This document shows positions 1 to 10,092 of a stretch of 64,000 nt of DNA, one piece after another; positions within the stretch are counted from its first letter, which is position 1, and the number at the start of each line of letters is the position of its first letter. The position numbers and the translations under genes are program-made. Below the pieces are notes generated by a model. That model ran no database searches. It saw nothing but the letters and a program-made list of their open reading frames with translations, and was not told where the DNA came from. Source of the stretch: an uncultured Verrucomicrobiae bacterium (lineage in GTDB: Bacteria; Verrucomicrobiota; Verrucomicrobiia; Limisphaerales; Palsa-1400); NCBI GenBank assembly GCA_963707025.1, contig CAVPOM010000010.1, positions 32,001 to 96,000 of the forward strand, in the 5' to 3' direction.

Positions 1-1668
1 TGTCTTACCTATTGCAACGATTGACGCTTCAAGTGCCGCAACCTTACCGCGCCATTCCTTTTCGCTGGCAAGGTCTCCCTGGAATTGCTTGTAGGCCGAC
101 AATTTATCCGTTTGCGTCTGCTTGTCCGCCTTGAGCTTTTCAATTTTGCTCGTAAGTTCGTCGCGCTTCGTCACCGCCTCTAACAAGGCAGTCAGGCGCA
201 CGACCTCTTTCTTTGCTCGATCCAATTCTTTTTCCAGCGTCTCGACGTTTTCAAATCTGGCCAACAAATCGGGCTGCGGTCCAAGGCGGATTGTCATGGA
301 ATCATCCTGATAAACACCCTCTGAAACCCTTCCCGCAAGTTGTCTCAATCTGACGACAACGTCTTTTTGGTTTGTGAAAGTGATGCCATTGCGTCCAACC
401 GGCAAACCCAGGAGGTCTGGATTCAAAACGCCGAACAATCGTGATATTTCCTCGTCGGTGAAGTGCTCGCGTAGGGATGTTACGGCCAGCCGGCTAAATT
501 GCTGAATCGAAGCGCTAGTAGTTGTGACTTTGCTTTCGGCGGCGACAAGCTGGTTCCTGACCGAATCAACGGTTTCGTTAGAAGCCTCCTGCTGACGAGT
601 GAGCAGACTGTTAAGCTGGCGCTCGATGTTTTCCAGACCGGCCTGTTCCAATGAAAACGAAAATGCCGAGTAGAACTTCTTGTGCTTATCCAAATCGTCC
701 AGCTTTGCTTGGATTGGGGACTGCTCGCGCAGCAACTGTTTTTCTTCATCCCGCTTGGTTTTGAGGGAGGCCCTGGCTTTTGCTTCTGCGCCGGTCGCGC
801 TCTGGATGTTCTCATCCAGGGCTGCGATTTGCTGTGAATGGCATTCATCAAACGCCTTTTTTCGCGCTTTCAGATTTTCCCACCGGTAGTTGATTTGACC
901 CCACAGCACTTGGCGGTCATTGAAAACTTGGATCAATTGCTGCACTTCCTGTTGGTGGGACTTGAATTGTTTGAGATCGTCGCGCTCCCGCCTCAATTGC
1001 TCGTATTCTTCGCCGAGAATGCGACGCGCATCAACGGCAACATAATCGGTCGGTAAATCCGCCAGCATCAAAAGCCGTTCTCGCATCTGATCCTGCGTAA
1101 TGTTGGCGAGGTTGAGCAGATTTTTGAGCGTGTCGCGGAAGTCAGAGAATTTTTCCCCATCCTTTAGGGCGACAATTCCCAAGCCGTTGCTGCGTTGCCC
1201 CACACCGGATAACAGAACCGCGCGGTGTTCCGCCGGTTTATTGAGCAGTTGAAAATCCTTCTCGGCAAGCAACGCGCTGATTTCTTTGGGATGACGAATC
1301 CGCCCATCGTCACCGAGAAAATGCTCTCGCTGGAATGGGCCAAGGTAAAAGAATCGTTCGGGGTCTGCCCCGGATGTTTTGCTCGCTCCACGCCAGCCAA
1401 TCACGGCCAGTCCACGCAAAGTCTGACATTCAAAGAGCACATAGCTGTGCTCGCTGCTGAAGTAATAATCCAGTGTTTGGTCAAATGTGTAACCCTCAAA
1501 CGTCATGCGTGACCGCTCGTCAATGTAGAGGAATTGAAGGGTGTTGATCAGTGTCGTCTTGCCGGAATTGTTCGGCCCGACAATTTGAATCGCACCATCA
1601 AGCAAAACCTCGGCATACTCATACTTGCCTGCATTGATGAGGATGATTTTCTTGGGGCCGTTACGCAT
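1..1668 (-). CDS. mksB: MksB/JetC-like SMC-family ATPase, N-terminal part (runs off window start)
   Basis: Not in the ORF track because it has no stop in the window. Manual translation: MRNGPKKIILINAGKYEYAEVLLDGAIQIVGPNNSGKTTLINTLQF (Walker A GPNNSGKT), then a long coiled coil, open to base 1. Overlaps the mksE stop; alternative ATG at 1677. Confidence 0.85.
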   Translation of the reverse strand, partial: MRNGPKKIILINAGKYEYAEVLLDGAIQIVGPNNSGKTTLINTLQFLYIDERSRMTFEGYTFDQTLDYYFSSEHSYVLFECQTLRGLAVIGWRGASKTSGADPERFFYLGPFQREHFLGDDGRIRHPKEISALLAEKDFQLLNKPAEHRAVLLSGVGQRSNGLGIVALKDGEKFSDFRDTLKNLLNLANITQDQMRERLLMLADLPTDYVAVDARRILGEEYEQLRRERDDLKQFKSHQQEVQQLIQVFNDRQVLWGQINYRWENLKARKKAFDECHSQQIAALDENIQSATGAEAKARASLKTKRDEEKQLLREQSPIQAKLDDLDKHKKFYSAFSFSLEQAGLENIERQLNSLLTRQQEASNETVDSVRNQLVAAESKVTTTSASIQQFSRLAVTSLREHFTDEEISRLFGVLNPDLLGLPVGRNGITFTNQKDVVVRLRQLAGRVSEGVYQDDSMTIRLGPQPDLLARFENVETLEKELDRAKKEVVRLTALLEAVTKRDELTSKIEKLKADKQTQTDKLSAYKQFQGDLASEKEWRGKVAALEASIVAIGKT

Positions 1669-2257
1669 TGGCGTCATCCTCGCTTTCCTTTGCCGGATTC
1701 AGACCTAAATTTTGAACGGGGCTTATTTCGCTTGCGGCTTTTCCAGATTGTTCGGCCAGTTCGAGGCATTTGCTCAACATCCGGTGAAACGGTCGTAAAA
1801 ACCGGAACTCATCTTCGGCAACCCATTTTGCCCAGCCCACATTCTTGAGGTAATGAATGACCTCCCGTAATCCGGCGTAATCGGTGATTCCGACTTGTTC
1901 GAGCCTTGCACGGTAGCTGTCCAGAGTGAAGTGAGGAAGCCCGCGAAGCGTGAAAGTTTCCGAAAAAAGCGTTGGCTCGACCGGTAATCCGCGATTGGCA
2001 ATGTGATCAATCAAAATAAATGAAAACACCGCGATTTTTGCCAGACGCGGGGAAGCAGTATCCTCTGCTTCGGGTTCAAAATAGAAAAAGTCGTGCTCGT
2101 GTTTGTGCAGCGTAAAACCAAGTCCAGCGAAATAATCGGCGTAATCGTCATAACGCTCACCGTTAAGCGCGGCGTAAATCGCGTCGTCCTCCGGCGAAAT
2201 GTGGTAGCCATTTTTCAGTTTTTCAAAGATTTCCCGAAGCTGATCTGGATAATTCAT
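1661..2257 (-). CDS. mksE: MksE/JetB-like KITE subunit
   Basis: MNYPDQLREIFEKLKNGYHISPED..YADYFAGLGFTL..FFYF resembles the MksE N-terminus. ATGA overlap with the upstream gene; lies between the kleisin and SMC genes. Confidence 0.8.
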   Translation of the reverse strand: MNYPDQLREIFEKLKNGYHISPEDDAIYAALNGERYDDYADYFAGLGFTLHKHEHDFFYFEPEAEDTASPRLAKIAVFSFILIDHIANRGLPVEPTLFSETFTLRGLPHFTLDSYRARLEQVGITDYAGLREVIHYLKNVGWAKWVAEDEFRFLRPFHRMLSKCLELAEQSGKAASEISPVQNLGLNPAKESEDDANA

Positions 2258-3489
2258 TTTGAGATGGCTTCCAATCGCACAGGTTGAGCGCAAATCACAT
2301 GATGGGCTGTTTCGTAATCATGTATTTTTGCAGGCGTGAAACGGGCGCGGAAATGCTCGTAGAAAAACAGTGTTGAAAAGCCTGCCAATAGCTGCGGCGT
2401 GTCGAATTCGGGGTAGCGGGTTGTGAGCCAATCAAGCAGGTCGCTGACTGGAAGGTCTTTGGCAATTTCGTCCGGCAAGGTATTGAGCCAACGACGATGC
2501 TCCAATGCCGCAGAGGTTTTTCCGTCATGGCCAAAAGAGATTGCCGGTGGCGGGACGGGAGGATTATTTAACAAGCGCTCAATCGCGCCAATAATTGCTT
2601 TGTCGCTGAAAGCCCCTTGGTGCCGGAGCGTGAAAATCCCGACAACTGATTGTTGCATCCATTCCTCGAAATTGCCTAGCCGAAGACGATCCAACGCGTA
2701 AGCCGCGCCGGTGGCGAGATTGCTCGAACGGGCAAGGGATTGGTAGAGAGGGGAGATTTCTTTGCCGGATTGCTCAAAGACGTTAAGGGCGTGTCGCCTT
2801 GCAAGCCGGAGCAAGCGCAGATTTCTTTCCACCGTGCCGACCGAAATCACCAGGAGATTTACGCTGGCGTGTTCCAGCACCTCTTCGACTTCGGCAAACG
2901 TCGCTTGCATCGCTCCGTTAACGCGGATTACGTCAATCATCGGCGCGATGTATTGCTGCATCCACCAGACGATGCGCTGGTATTTTTCTCGGACTGATGC
3001 CGGCCGCTTGTCGGTTTTGAAACGCGCAACTTCGCCAAGCACGCTGACATGCGTAGCAGCCACGTCGTCGTGCAAGCGTCGCAGCGTTTGGGTGATGTCA
3101 CCCAGCGCCAAGTCGGCGATTGTCGGGTCGTCTGCGTTCAGCGCGCCGCGTAGTGTCTGTGCGAGTTTTTGAAGTTCATTGACGTAGCTCTGGACGGTTT
3201 CCGCCGACGCCGGTTTTGCTTCCTCCAACAAATAGCGAAGAATTCCCCGCACGGGTTCGGCCATCAGGAAATACTGCTCGGATTGATCTGCCGAAACGAG
3301 GATGCGGAGTTCCTTGAGACGTTTGACCAAGAAAGCAGGCTGCTCCTCCACGTCCGCTGCGTGGATTTTTGCGATTTCGTCAATTTCTGATTCAGAGAGG
3401 TCAGTTCCACTGGCCCGCTGCTCCAGTTCGCGCAACAAGCTCACATGCTTGGCGCAGAACTGAAAAAATTCTTTTGGTGGAACAATCAC
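2254..3489 (-). CDS. mksF: MksF/JetA-like kleisin subunit
   Basis: About 410 aa, helical. N-terminus VIVPPKEFFQFCAKHVSLLRELEQR resembles MksF. First gene of an F-E-B operon; GTG start at 3489 is inferred. Confidence 0.75.
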   Translation of the reverse strand: MIVPPKEFFQFCAKHVSLLRELEQRASGTDLSESEIDEIAKIHAADVEEQPAFLVKRLKELRILVSADQSEQYFLMAEPVRGILRYLLEEAKPASAETVQSYVNELQKLAQTLRGALNADDPTIADLALGDITQTLRRLHDDVAATHVSVLGEVARFKTDKRPASVREKYQRIVWWMQQYIAPMIDVIRVNGAMQATFAEVEEVLEHASVNLLVISVGTVERNLRLLRLARRHALNVFEQSGKEISPLYQSLARSSNLATGAAYALDRLRLGNFEEWMQQSVVGIFTLRHQGAFSDKAIIGAIERLLNNPPVPPPAISFGHDGKTSAALEHRRWLNTLPDEIAKDLPVSDLLDWLTTRYPEFDTPQLLAGFSTLFFYEHFRARFTPAKIHDYETAHHVICAQPVRLEAISK

Positions 3490-3583
3490 AAGTTTCCAAA
3501 ATGTTCGATCAATTCTAGCGAATGGCCTTGGACAAATACAGTCCAACCTCAAATCACAAAAACAGGCGGTTTGAAAACAAAAC

Positions 3584-3829
3584 GCTTCGGTCTGCGGTCG
3601 GCGAGCGGGGAAAGTGGAGCGGAGGGCGGAGAGGAGCGTTTAGCGCATCGCAGCCGGAGCGGAACGTCCCGCCGCCGAGCCACAGACGGAAGCACGCCGC
3701 CCTCGCGGCCCATTGCGAATGCCAGCTCGTGACGAGCGCGCGGTTTGCGGAGTGGAACGGGCGTGGTCGAGAGGGGGGAAGGGGCGGCCGGCAGCCCGTG
3801 GAGCGAAGCAGAACCGCGCGTTGGTCACG
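3584..3829 (+). repeat. ~245-bp non-coding direct repeat, copy 1
   Basis: Aligns along its length with 19406-19648, including the identical block GCTCGTGACGAGCGCGCGGTTTGCGGAGTGGAACGGGCGTGGTCGAG. Confidence 0.9.
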
Positions 3830-3862
3830 AGCGATGAAACCAGCGTGCTTAAACACCCATGC

Positions 3863-5464
3863 TTATTCCTTGGCTCTCCTTTGGGTGTTAAAACGGTGCG
3901 CGGTGTCTTTCCAGAGGTCCAGCAGATCGGTGATGGGCGTGGTGAAGACTCGCTGAACGCGGGGCAGGACATCTTCGGACGGGATGAGTTCGGCGGCTAT
4001 GCGCTTGTCCTGCGGTTCGTCAATCTCGGCAACGAGCACACCGCTGCCGCTTTTTTCGTAGAAGTCCGAGCGATTCTTTTTGGATTCCGGACTGATGAAA
4101 GTATCGTGCAAAGGATGCTGGGACACGCGCTTGCCCACTTTGGCGTCGGCTTCGGAATAGGGCAGGACGCGGGCTTGGTCGGGGCGGACCTGGAGAACTT
4201 GCTCGAAGAACTTGAGAATACTTCCCATGGTATCCGGTGGCGCGTAATAGCCGGGCGCTTCCTCCATTCGAGCGGCTTCTTTGCTCTTGGCGACCGCGAA
4301 GGTTTCCCGCTCCCAAGCGAAGCGGGCGTCTGCGGGAGTGCGATTGTTTGCCGGAAAAACCACTGCTTCGGTCTGCAAATATATCTGATAAAGCGGGTCC
4401 ACCGTTCCATCCACCTGAACGGATTGGTTGCGGGCCGTGGGGAATTCAAAATCGAAGACGTCGGCGTTGCGCCCGGACCAAGTTGTAACTGATGAAGCGC
4501 TGGCACGACGGCCCTGCTGCATCGCGGTCAGCTTGGTCTCGTCGAAGATGATGGCCCGGAAGCCCTCCATGGGCGAGGGAGCGGAATTATTGCCCGCCAG
4601 TTCGGAATTCGGGCCAGCCACACTGGAGGTTCTCCGGCACTTCAGGATGACGGGCTGGTCAGCGGCAGCAAGGCTGGCACGTGAATCCCAGACGAGGACC
4701 AGCGCCTCATTGGTGTCGTAAACTTGCCGGCCTTCGCGCTCATCAAGTGCCTGCATGTAAATCCCGGCATTTTGCAAATTCAGCCAATCGGAGGGTTGCG
4801 GCGGTGTTTTGCAGACTGCCAGGAGGACGGTGATTTCCTTCACGGGCGAGTCTGGAGCGCGTTTGCACACCTTCTGAACCCACTGCTGGAATGCTGGTTC
4901 TGAGGCCGGAGTGGCGGGATAACACGCGGGGGAATTCCAAGCGTCCAAAAGATGGCGATTCACCTCGGCGGGCAGGGAATTCCCGATGCCATCAAGGTGC
5001 TCCGGTTCAAAATCGAATTCGAGCCGTAACGACGCTTCCGCGTTACGAGGGCTGGAAGGCCCGAGCGCGCGGCCCGTCCAGTTGTGGGAGCCGATGTAAA
5101 CCACCGACTTCCGCTCGCGTTCGAGATAGAGGTAAACCAGTTTGGAGTGAAAGAGGGAGATGGCCGGTTCGTCGTCGGGCTTGATCACAGGATCCATGAA
5201 GTATTTGAGGCGAACCGGTGTGCTGGCGCCGAGTTCCAGTTGCAGGTTAAGCAACGGTTCGTAGCTGCAAGCGCAGGAGATACTGCCGACGCCAAATGAG
5301 CGCGGATCGCGCAGCACCTTATGGAACAGCGGGCGATTGATGGTGTTCAGTCCCTCTTGGGAAATGTAGGCGACCATGAAGCGGCACACCGTGGCCTTGG
5401 CCATGTCCTGCCGGAGCAAGTTGCGGTATTCGAGTGAAACCAGTTCTTTGCTGAGCAGTTTCAT
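3863..5464 (-). CDS. Phospholipase-D (HKD) family nuclease with unknown C-terminal region
   Basis: LFHSKLVYL...VYIGSHNWT...RNAEA matches the HxK..GSxN..E PLD nuclease motif. Starts 2 bp after the hsdR stop. Confidence 0.75.
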   Translation of the reverse strand: MKLLSKELVSLEYRNLLRQDMAKATVCRFMVAYISQEGLNTINRPLFHKVLRDPRSFGVGSISCACSYEPLLNLQLELGASTPVRLKYFMDPVIKPDDEPAISLFHSKLVYLYLERERKSVVYIGSHNWTGRALGPSSPRNAEASLRLEFDFEPEHLDGIGNSLPAEVNRHLLDAWNSPACYPATPASEPAFQQWVQKVCKRAPDSPVKEITVLLAVCKTPPQPSDWLNLQNAGIYMQALDEREGRQVYDTNEALVLVWDSRASLAAADQPVILKCRRTSSVAGPNSELAGNNSAPSPMEGFRAIIFDETKLTAMQQGRRASASSVTTWSGRNADVFDFEFPTARNQSVQVDGTVDPLYQIYLQTEAVVFPANNRTPADARFAWERETFAVAKSKEAARMEEAPGYYAPPDTMGSILKFFEQVLQVRPDQARVLPYSEADAKVGKRVSQHPLHDTFISPESKKNRSDFYEKSGSGVLVAEIDEPQDKRIAAELIPSEDVLPRVQRVFTTPITDLLDLWKDTAHRFNTQRRAKE

Positions 5465-5466
5465 GG

Positions 5467-8466
5467 TCAGGCCGCGACATCCTTGTAAGTGGACGTGAAG
5501 ATGGTGTCACTGAGCCACTTCTTGAACTGCGGATTTTCCATGAACTGTTTGAACAATTCCGTGTGGTCGTTCAGCAGGTCAACGATGACGCGCTCAAGAA
5601 CCTTGTCGTGTTCGATACGCGCGTTCTGTTTGTCGGAGTTCTTGCGCGCGTTCTGATACGCCTTGTCGGCGTCCACCTTTGCCGGGATTTCCTCGGTGAT
5701 GACTTGCCGAATCTTGTCGGCGTCCTTCCAATCAATGTTCCCGAACAGGTCGTTGAACTGGCGCAAGATACTGCTGAGGCGTTCCAACTCCGGTTCGGGT
5801 TTCGTGCCGCCCGCGCTGGTGGGCACTGGGCCAACCTTGCCGTCCTCGTCCGGCAGAGCGATGGCCATTTGCGCCTTCACTTCGACGCGGTAGCTGTCCA
5901 TGTCAATCGTTTCCAGGATTCCCTTGGACAGGTCGTCCTCCTTGGGCGCAGGCAACTTCGGGATGAGGAAATTCAGGAAGATGGACAGCTTTTCCCATTC
6001 GGCAATCGTGTAGGGCAACACCGTGGCGAGGAAACTGTAGGTGCGGACAAAAATCTTGGCGTTACTCTTGAACTCCACCTGCGCGTCTTCGTCGAGCTGA
6101 TCTTTGTAAACCGCCACGCAGGCGTCGAGGATGGGGTCGAGTTTGTCGCGATCCGCGCCGCCCAGATACAACTGCACGAAAGTTTCCACGTCCGGCCAGG
6201 CATAGACCTGCCGCGCGTCGAGCGCCGATTTCAGGTCGTGGATTTTGTTCGGGTCAGTCGCTTCGCTGAGAATGGTCGTGCGGTAATAAGGCTCGAACGC
6301 TTCCTGAATCGTGTCCGCGTCATTGACGAAATCGAGGACGAACGTGTCGTGCTTCAACGGATGGGCGCGATTGAGCCGCGATAGCGTTTGCACCGCCCTG
6401 CCGCCGGAAAGGATTTTATCCACATACATCGTGTGGAGGAGCGGTTCGTCATAACCGGTCTGGAACTTGTCCGCGACGATGAGGAAACGGTATGGGTCTT
6501 CCTGAATCAGTTCCTCAATCTGCGAACTGGGAAAACCGTTCATTGCCGCCTCGTCCATCAGCTTGCCGCCGACTTCGTGCTCGCCGGAATAGGCCACGAT
6601 GGCTTTGTAGGGGCTTTTGCGTTCGGCGAGGTAGGCGTCGAACGCCTGTTTGTATTGGATGGCCCGTGCAATGCCGCTCGTGACGATCATGGCCCGCGCC
6701 TGACCACCCAGCTTTTTCCGGGCGAGCACTTCCTCGTGGAAGTGGTCAATCATGATCTCGGCCTTGCTGCGGATGGCGTGGTCGTGGGATTCGACGTAGC
6801 GGCGGAGCTTCTTCTGTGCCCGCTTCACGTCAAACTCCGGGTCTTCCTCCACCTTTTTGACGAGCCGGTAATAACTCGATACCGGCGTATAGTGCGCCAA
6901 CACGTCCAGGATGAAGCCTTCCTGAATGGCCTGCTTCATCGTGTAGCAGTGGAACGGGTGAAATGAACCGTCCGGCTGCTGTTCGCCGAACAACTCCAGC
7001 GTCTTGTTTTTCGGTGTGGCGGTGAAGGCGAAGTAACTGGCGTTGGGCAGTAACTTCCGCGATTCCATGATCCGGTTGACCTTGTCTTCGTAGGTCTCTT
7101 CTTCTTCCGCTTCGCCGTCCTTGGATAACGCCGCGTGCATTTTTGCCATGGTGCGTCCGCCCTGGCTGGAGTGCGCCTCGTCAATGATGATGGCGAACTT
7201 GCGCTCGCGATGTTCCGAACCAATTTCGTCCAGGATGAACGGGAACTTCTGAATCGTGGTGATGATGATTTTCTTGCCGCCCTCGATGAACTTCCGCAAA
7301 TCGCCGGAGTGCATGGCCGCGCCCACAACCGCCGACACCTGCGCGAACTGCCGGATGTTTTCGCGAATCTGTTTGTCCAGCACGCGGCGGTCGGTCACGA
7401 CGATGATTGAATCGAACATCGCCAAGTCCGCCGTCTTCAACTCGACGAGTTGATGACCGAGCCACGAGATGGAATTGCTCTTGCCCGAACCGGCGGAATG
7501 TTCGACCAGATACCGATGGCCAACGCCGTTCGAGGTCGCGTGAGCAAGCAACCCGCGCACGAGGTCAAGCTGGTGATAGCGCGGGAAAATCTGTTTCCGC
7601 TTCTTGCGGCCCTTGCGGTCCGCTTCCTCCACGATCTGCGCGTAATTCTCAATGATGTTTGTGAGGCTGAGCGGCTGGAGCGTCTCCTTCCATAAATAAT
7701 CCGTCGCCAGCCCGGCCGGGTTGGGCGGATTGCCCGCGCCGTCGTTCCAGCCTTTGTTGAACGGAAGAAACCAGCTTTTCCCGTTTTTCAATTCCGTGCA
7801 CATCCAGACCTCGTGGTCGTCCACGGCGAAATGCACCATGCACCGGCCAAACTGGAATAGCAGTTCCTTGGAACTGCGGTCGCGCTTGTATTGATTGATG
7901 GCGTCCTCGACCGTTTGCTTGGTTAGCTTGTTTTTCAGCTCGAACGTGGCGACCGGCAGGCCGTTGATGAACAGGCAAAGGTCGAGCGCGAGTTGCGTGT
8001 TGTCTTTGCTGTAACGCAACTGGCGCGTGACGCTGAAAATGTTCGCTCCGTGCAACGCCGCCGCCTTCGCGTTGCCGGGGGTGGGCGTGCCATAGAACAA
8101 ATCCACATGCACCGGCCCGTGCTTGATGCCTTTGCGGAGCACGTCCACGACACCACGCTTGGCAATCTCGCCCTGCAAACGGTCCAGGAACTGGTGACGC
8201 GACGGACCTTCCGCCGCCAGATTCAATTCCGTGACGAGCTTGGGCTGGGTGGTTTCGAGGAAATTGAGGAGCTTGGCGGTGTCCACCGCGTGGTCGCGGT
8301 CGTAATCCTGCCAGTTGCCGGCGACGTAATGCGGCGGCGTGGTTGCGCCGGGCAACGGTTTGTCCTGTAGGGCCGACGGCCCGGGGGCAGGAGCGCCCGC
8401 CGGACCGACGAGGCTGGCGACGATCAGGCTTTCGAGGCCTTTCTCGCTGGTGTCGGTGGCTGGCAT
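5467..8466 (-). CDS. hsdR: Type I restriction enzyme R subunit
   Basis: D-x-ELK nuclease motif (DLCLFINGLPVATFELKN), HSAGSGKS, IIDEAH, FTATP, QTGYDEP, QTLSRLNR. Confidence 0.95.
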   Translation of the reverse strand: MPATDTSEKGLESLIVASLVGPAGAPAPGPSALQDKPLPGATTPPHYVAGNWQDYDRDHAVDTAKLLNFLETTQPKLVTELNLAAEGPSRHQFLDRLQGEIAKRGVVDVLRKGIKHGPVHVDLFYGTPTPGNAKAAALHGANIFSVTRQLRYSKDNTQLALDLCLFINGLPVATFELKNKLTKQTVEDAINQYKRDRSSKELLFQFGRCMVHFAVDDHEVWMCTELKNGKSWFLPFNKGWNDGAGNPPNPAGLATDYLWKETLQPLSLTNIIENYAQIVEEADRKGRKKRKQIFPRYHQLDLVRGLLAHATSNGVGHRYLVEHSAGSGKSNSISWLGHQLVELKTADLAMFDSIIVVTDRRVLDKQIRENIRQFAQVSAVVGAAMHSGDLRKFIEGGKKIIITTIQKFPFILDEIGSEHRERKFAIIIDEAHSSQGGRTMAKMHAALSKDGEAEEEETYEDKVNRIMESRKLLPNASYFAFTATPKNKTLELFGEQQPDGSFHPFHCYTMKQAIQEGFILDVLAHYTPVSSYYRLVKKVEEDPEFDVKRAQKKLRRYVESHDHAIRSKAEIMIDHFHEEVLARKKLGGQARAMIVTSGIARAIQYKQAFDAYLAERKSPYKAIVAYSGEHEVGGKLMDEAAMNGFPSSQIEELIQEDPYRFLIVADKFQTGYDEPLLHTMYVDKILSGGRAVQTLSRLNRAHPLKHDTFVLDFVNDADTIQEAFEPYYRTTILSEATDPNKIHDLKSALDARQVYAWPDVETFVQLYLGGADRDKLDPILDACVAVYKDQLDEDAQVEFKSNAKIFVRTYSFLATVLPYTIAEWEKLSIFLNFLIPKLPAPKEDDLSKGILETIDMDSYRVEVKAQMAIALPDEDGKVGPVPTSAGGTKPEPELERLSSILRQFNDLFGNIDWKDADKIRQVITEEIPAKVDADKAYQNARKNSDKQNARIEHDKVLERVIVDLLNDHTELFKQFMENPQFKKWLSDTIFTSTYKDVAA

Positions 8467-8484
8467 AGATTTAGTCCAAAAAGA

Positions 8485-9510
8485 TTATTCAGGCTGAGGG
8501 TTCACTTCACGCTCAATATCAATTCGCGTATCAGCGAAAATTGGTTCGGTGTCTGGCACGCAGTCGTTGTGATACTGCATGAGCCAACGATATTTGGCTT
8601 TCACTTGCGGCTCGGTCGCCGCGTGGTAAGCGGCGAGCACTGATCTTTTATGCAGGCCGAGAAACCACGCCCCGTTTTTCACGTCGCGTTGATATAGCAG
8701 GTGCGATTTATCTTCATCCTGGGCTTTGATATAGGCTTCGCGGTCTTCCTTGTAAATCCAGCCATGATCTTCATCGCGGGTGATGGGGAGATAATTGAGC
8801 ATGAAAAGTTCCTGAGCCGGAGCATTGGGTGACTGGAAGGGGCGGAAATAGCGCGCAAAAGTGTCGTCTTCGACCGAGTGGCGGCCTCTGCCACGAGCCG
8901 TGGTAAGAAAATCCTTGGTGGCGGGGTCAATCAGGATTACCGGATGGACAGCCAGCTTGCTTTCTAGGCGATACGCCGTGACGAGTGGGGGACTGAGCAA
9001 AATATCATCTTCAAAAAAGAACGTGCCCCGGCTGATACCGCCGCGCAGAAAAATGCCTTTCACCGCGCAACGGGCTTGAACCAGCATCATCCGCCAAATT
9101 TCCTGCATGAAGAAATCAAACTGCCCCATGTGGCGCGCCCCGCTGCAATCGTCGGTGACAGCAATCACGACCCCATCCGATAAGGCAATCACCCGTTTGC
9201 CGTAATCCTCATTGAGTGCGGCCTGGTCTTCCGTATCTTCAACGGCGGATGGTTTCTCAAACTCCTGCTGCACGAAAAGCAGTTTTTCGTAAACACGAGT
9301 GAGCGCCTCCGGCGTCGTGGCATTAGCAATATCTTCGCTGAAACCGAGGATGTCCACAAAGGCGACCAAGTGATGATTTGGCGTTGGAAGAGTTCTAGGG
9401 CGCGGCGTAGGCGCTGGCGGACGCGGCTGGTTCAAGGCCTCAGCTATGGCGGTGCGAAGTTCGTCACTTGATTCTTCGGGCGGCTCTGGATTGCCGGCGT
9501 TTTCGCTCAT
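8485..9510 (-). CDS. Class III nucleotidyl (adenylate/guanylate) cyclase-like protein
   Basis: VAFVDILGFS, ALSDGVVI, FLRGGISRG and SPPLVTAYRLESKLAVHPVI motifs. Confidence 0.65.
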   Translation of the reverse strand: MSENAGNPEPPEESSDELRTAIAEALNQPRPPAPTPRPRTLPTPNHHLVAFVDILGFSEDIANATTPEALTRVYEKLLFVQQEFEKPSAVEDTEDQAALNEDYGKRVIALSDGVVIAVTDDCSGARHMGQFDFFMQEIWRMMLVQARCAVKGIFLRGGISRGTFFFEDDILLSPPLVTAYRLESKLAVHPVILIDPATKDFLTTARGRGRHSVEDDTFARYFRPFQSPNAPAQELFMLNYLPITRDEDHGWIYKEDREAYIKAQDEDKSHLLYQRDVKNGAWFLGLHKRSVLAAYHAATEPQVKAKYRWLMQYHNDCVPDTEPIFADTRIDIEREVNPQPE

Positions 9511-9532
9511 GATCAAGTTATTTTAATGCAGT

Positions 9533-10087
9533 TCAAACATCCGGTCGCTCACTGCTTTTCTGTTTGGCCGCCCATTCCTCAAACTGCTTTCCCAAATCCT
9601 GTTCGAAGTGAGCGATCCCGTGTGAGATGGCCGCCAGATACTTTGGTTGCGCCCCGCTGAGCGGTTGCTGGCCGGTGATTAAATTGGCTTTGAGCGTGGT
9701 GATGGTCTGGCCGTAGGAACACGAATCATACCCCGTGATGGGATCAGTCCGACCCGTATAATCTGAATGGCGGACAAAAGCCCCGGTGGGAAATGATTCC
9801 GCCTCTCCGGCTCGGGCGGCAAAAATGATCGGATCGGAATCATAGACCTTCATGCCGGTCTTTTTCTCCACATCCACGCGCTGGGGAAGAATGGCCAGAT
9901 AGCTGGACGTGCCATCGCCGGACACGGCGACCACAGCGGAAGTGCATTTGGCAGCGAGCGTGGCCGGCAACGTGTCGGGGGGAAGCTGCTCGATCTGGTA
10001 AAAGGCAATCTGACCGTCGGCGACGTCCTTGCGGAGCAGCTTTACGGCTTCGATGCACTTCGTCATGTAACTCAGATCGTTGCTCAT
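9533..10087 (-). CDS. Hypothetical protein (184 aa) inside the R-M operon
   Basis: ATG at 10087 (MSNDLSYMTKCIEAVK) lies 5 bp after the hsdS stop and is co-oriented. No recognisable motif. Confidence 0.65.
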   Translation of the reverse strand: MSNDLSYMTKCIEAVKLLRKDVADGQIAFYQIEQLPPDTLPATLAAKCTSAVVAVSGDGTSSYLAILPQRVDVEKKTGMKVYDSDPIIFAARAGEAESFPTGAFVRHSDYTGRTDPITGYDSCSYGQTITTLKANLITGQQPLSGAQPKYLAAISHGIAHFEQDLGKQFEEWAAKQKSSERPDV

Positions 10088-10092
10088 AAAAT

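Noticed and set aside
3445..3972. Arg-rich ORFs over the 245-bp repeat (also 19257-19707)
   Set aside because: Several frames on both strands are open, with no consistent start or stop between the two copies; treated as non-coding.
8485..9510. Calling the cyclase-like gene Pycsar PycC
   Set aside because: No adjacent PycTM or cNMP-binding-TIR effector. The TIR protein in the window is an APAZ fusion belonging to SPARTA.
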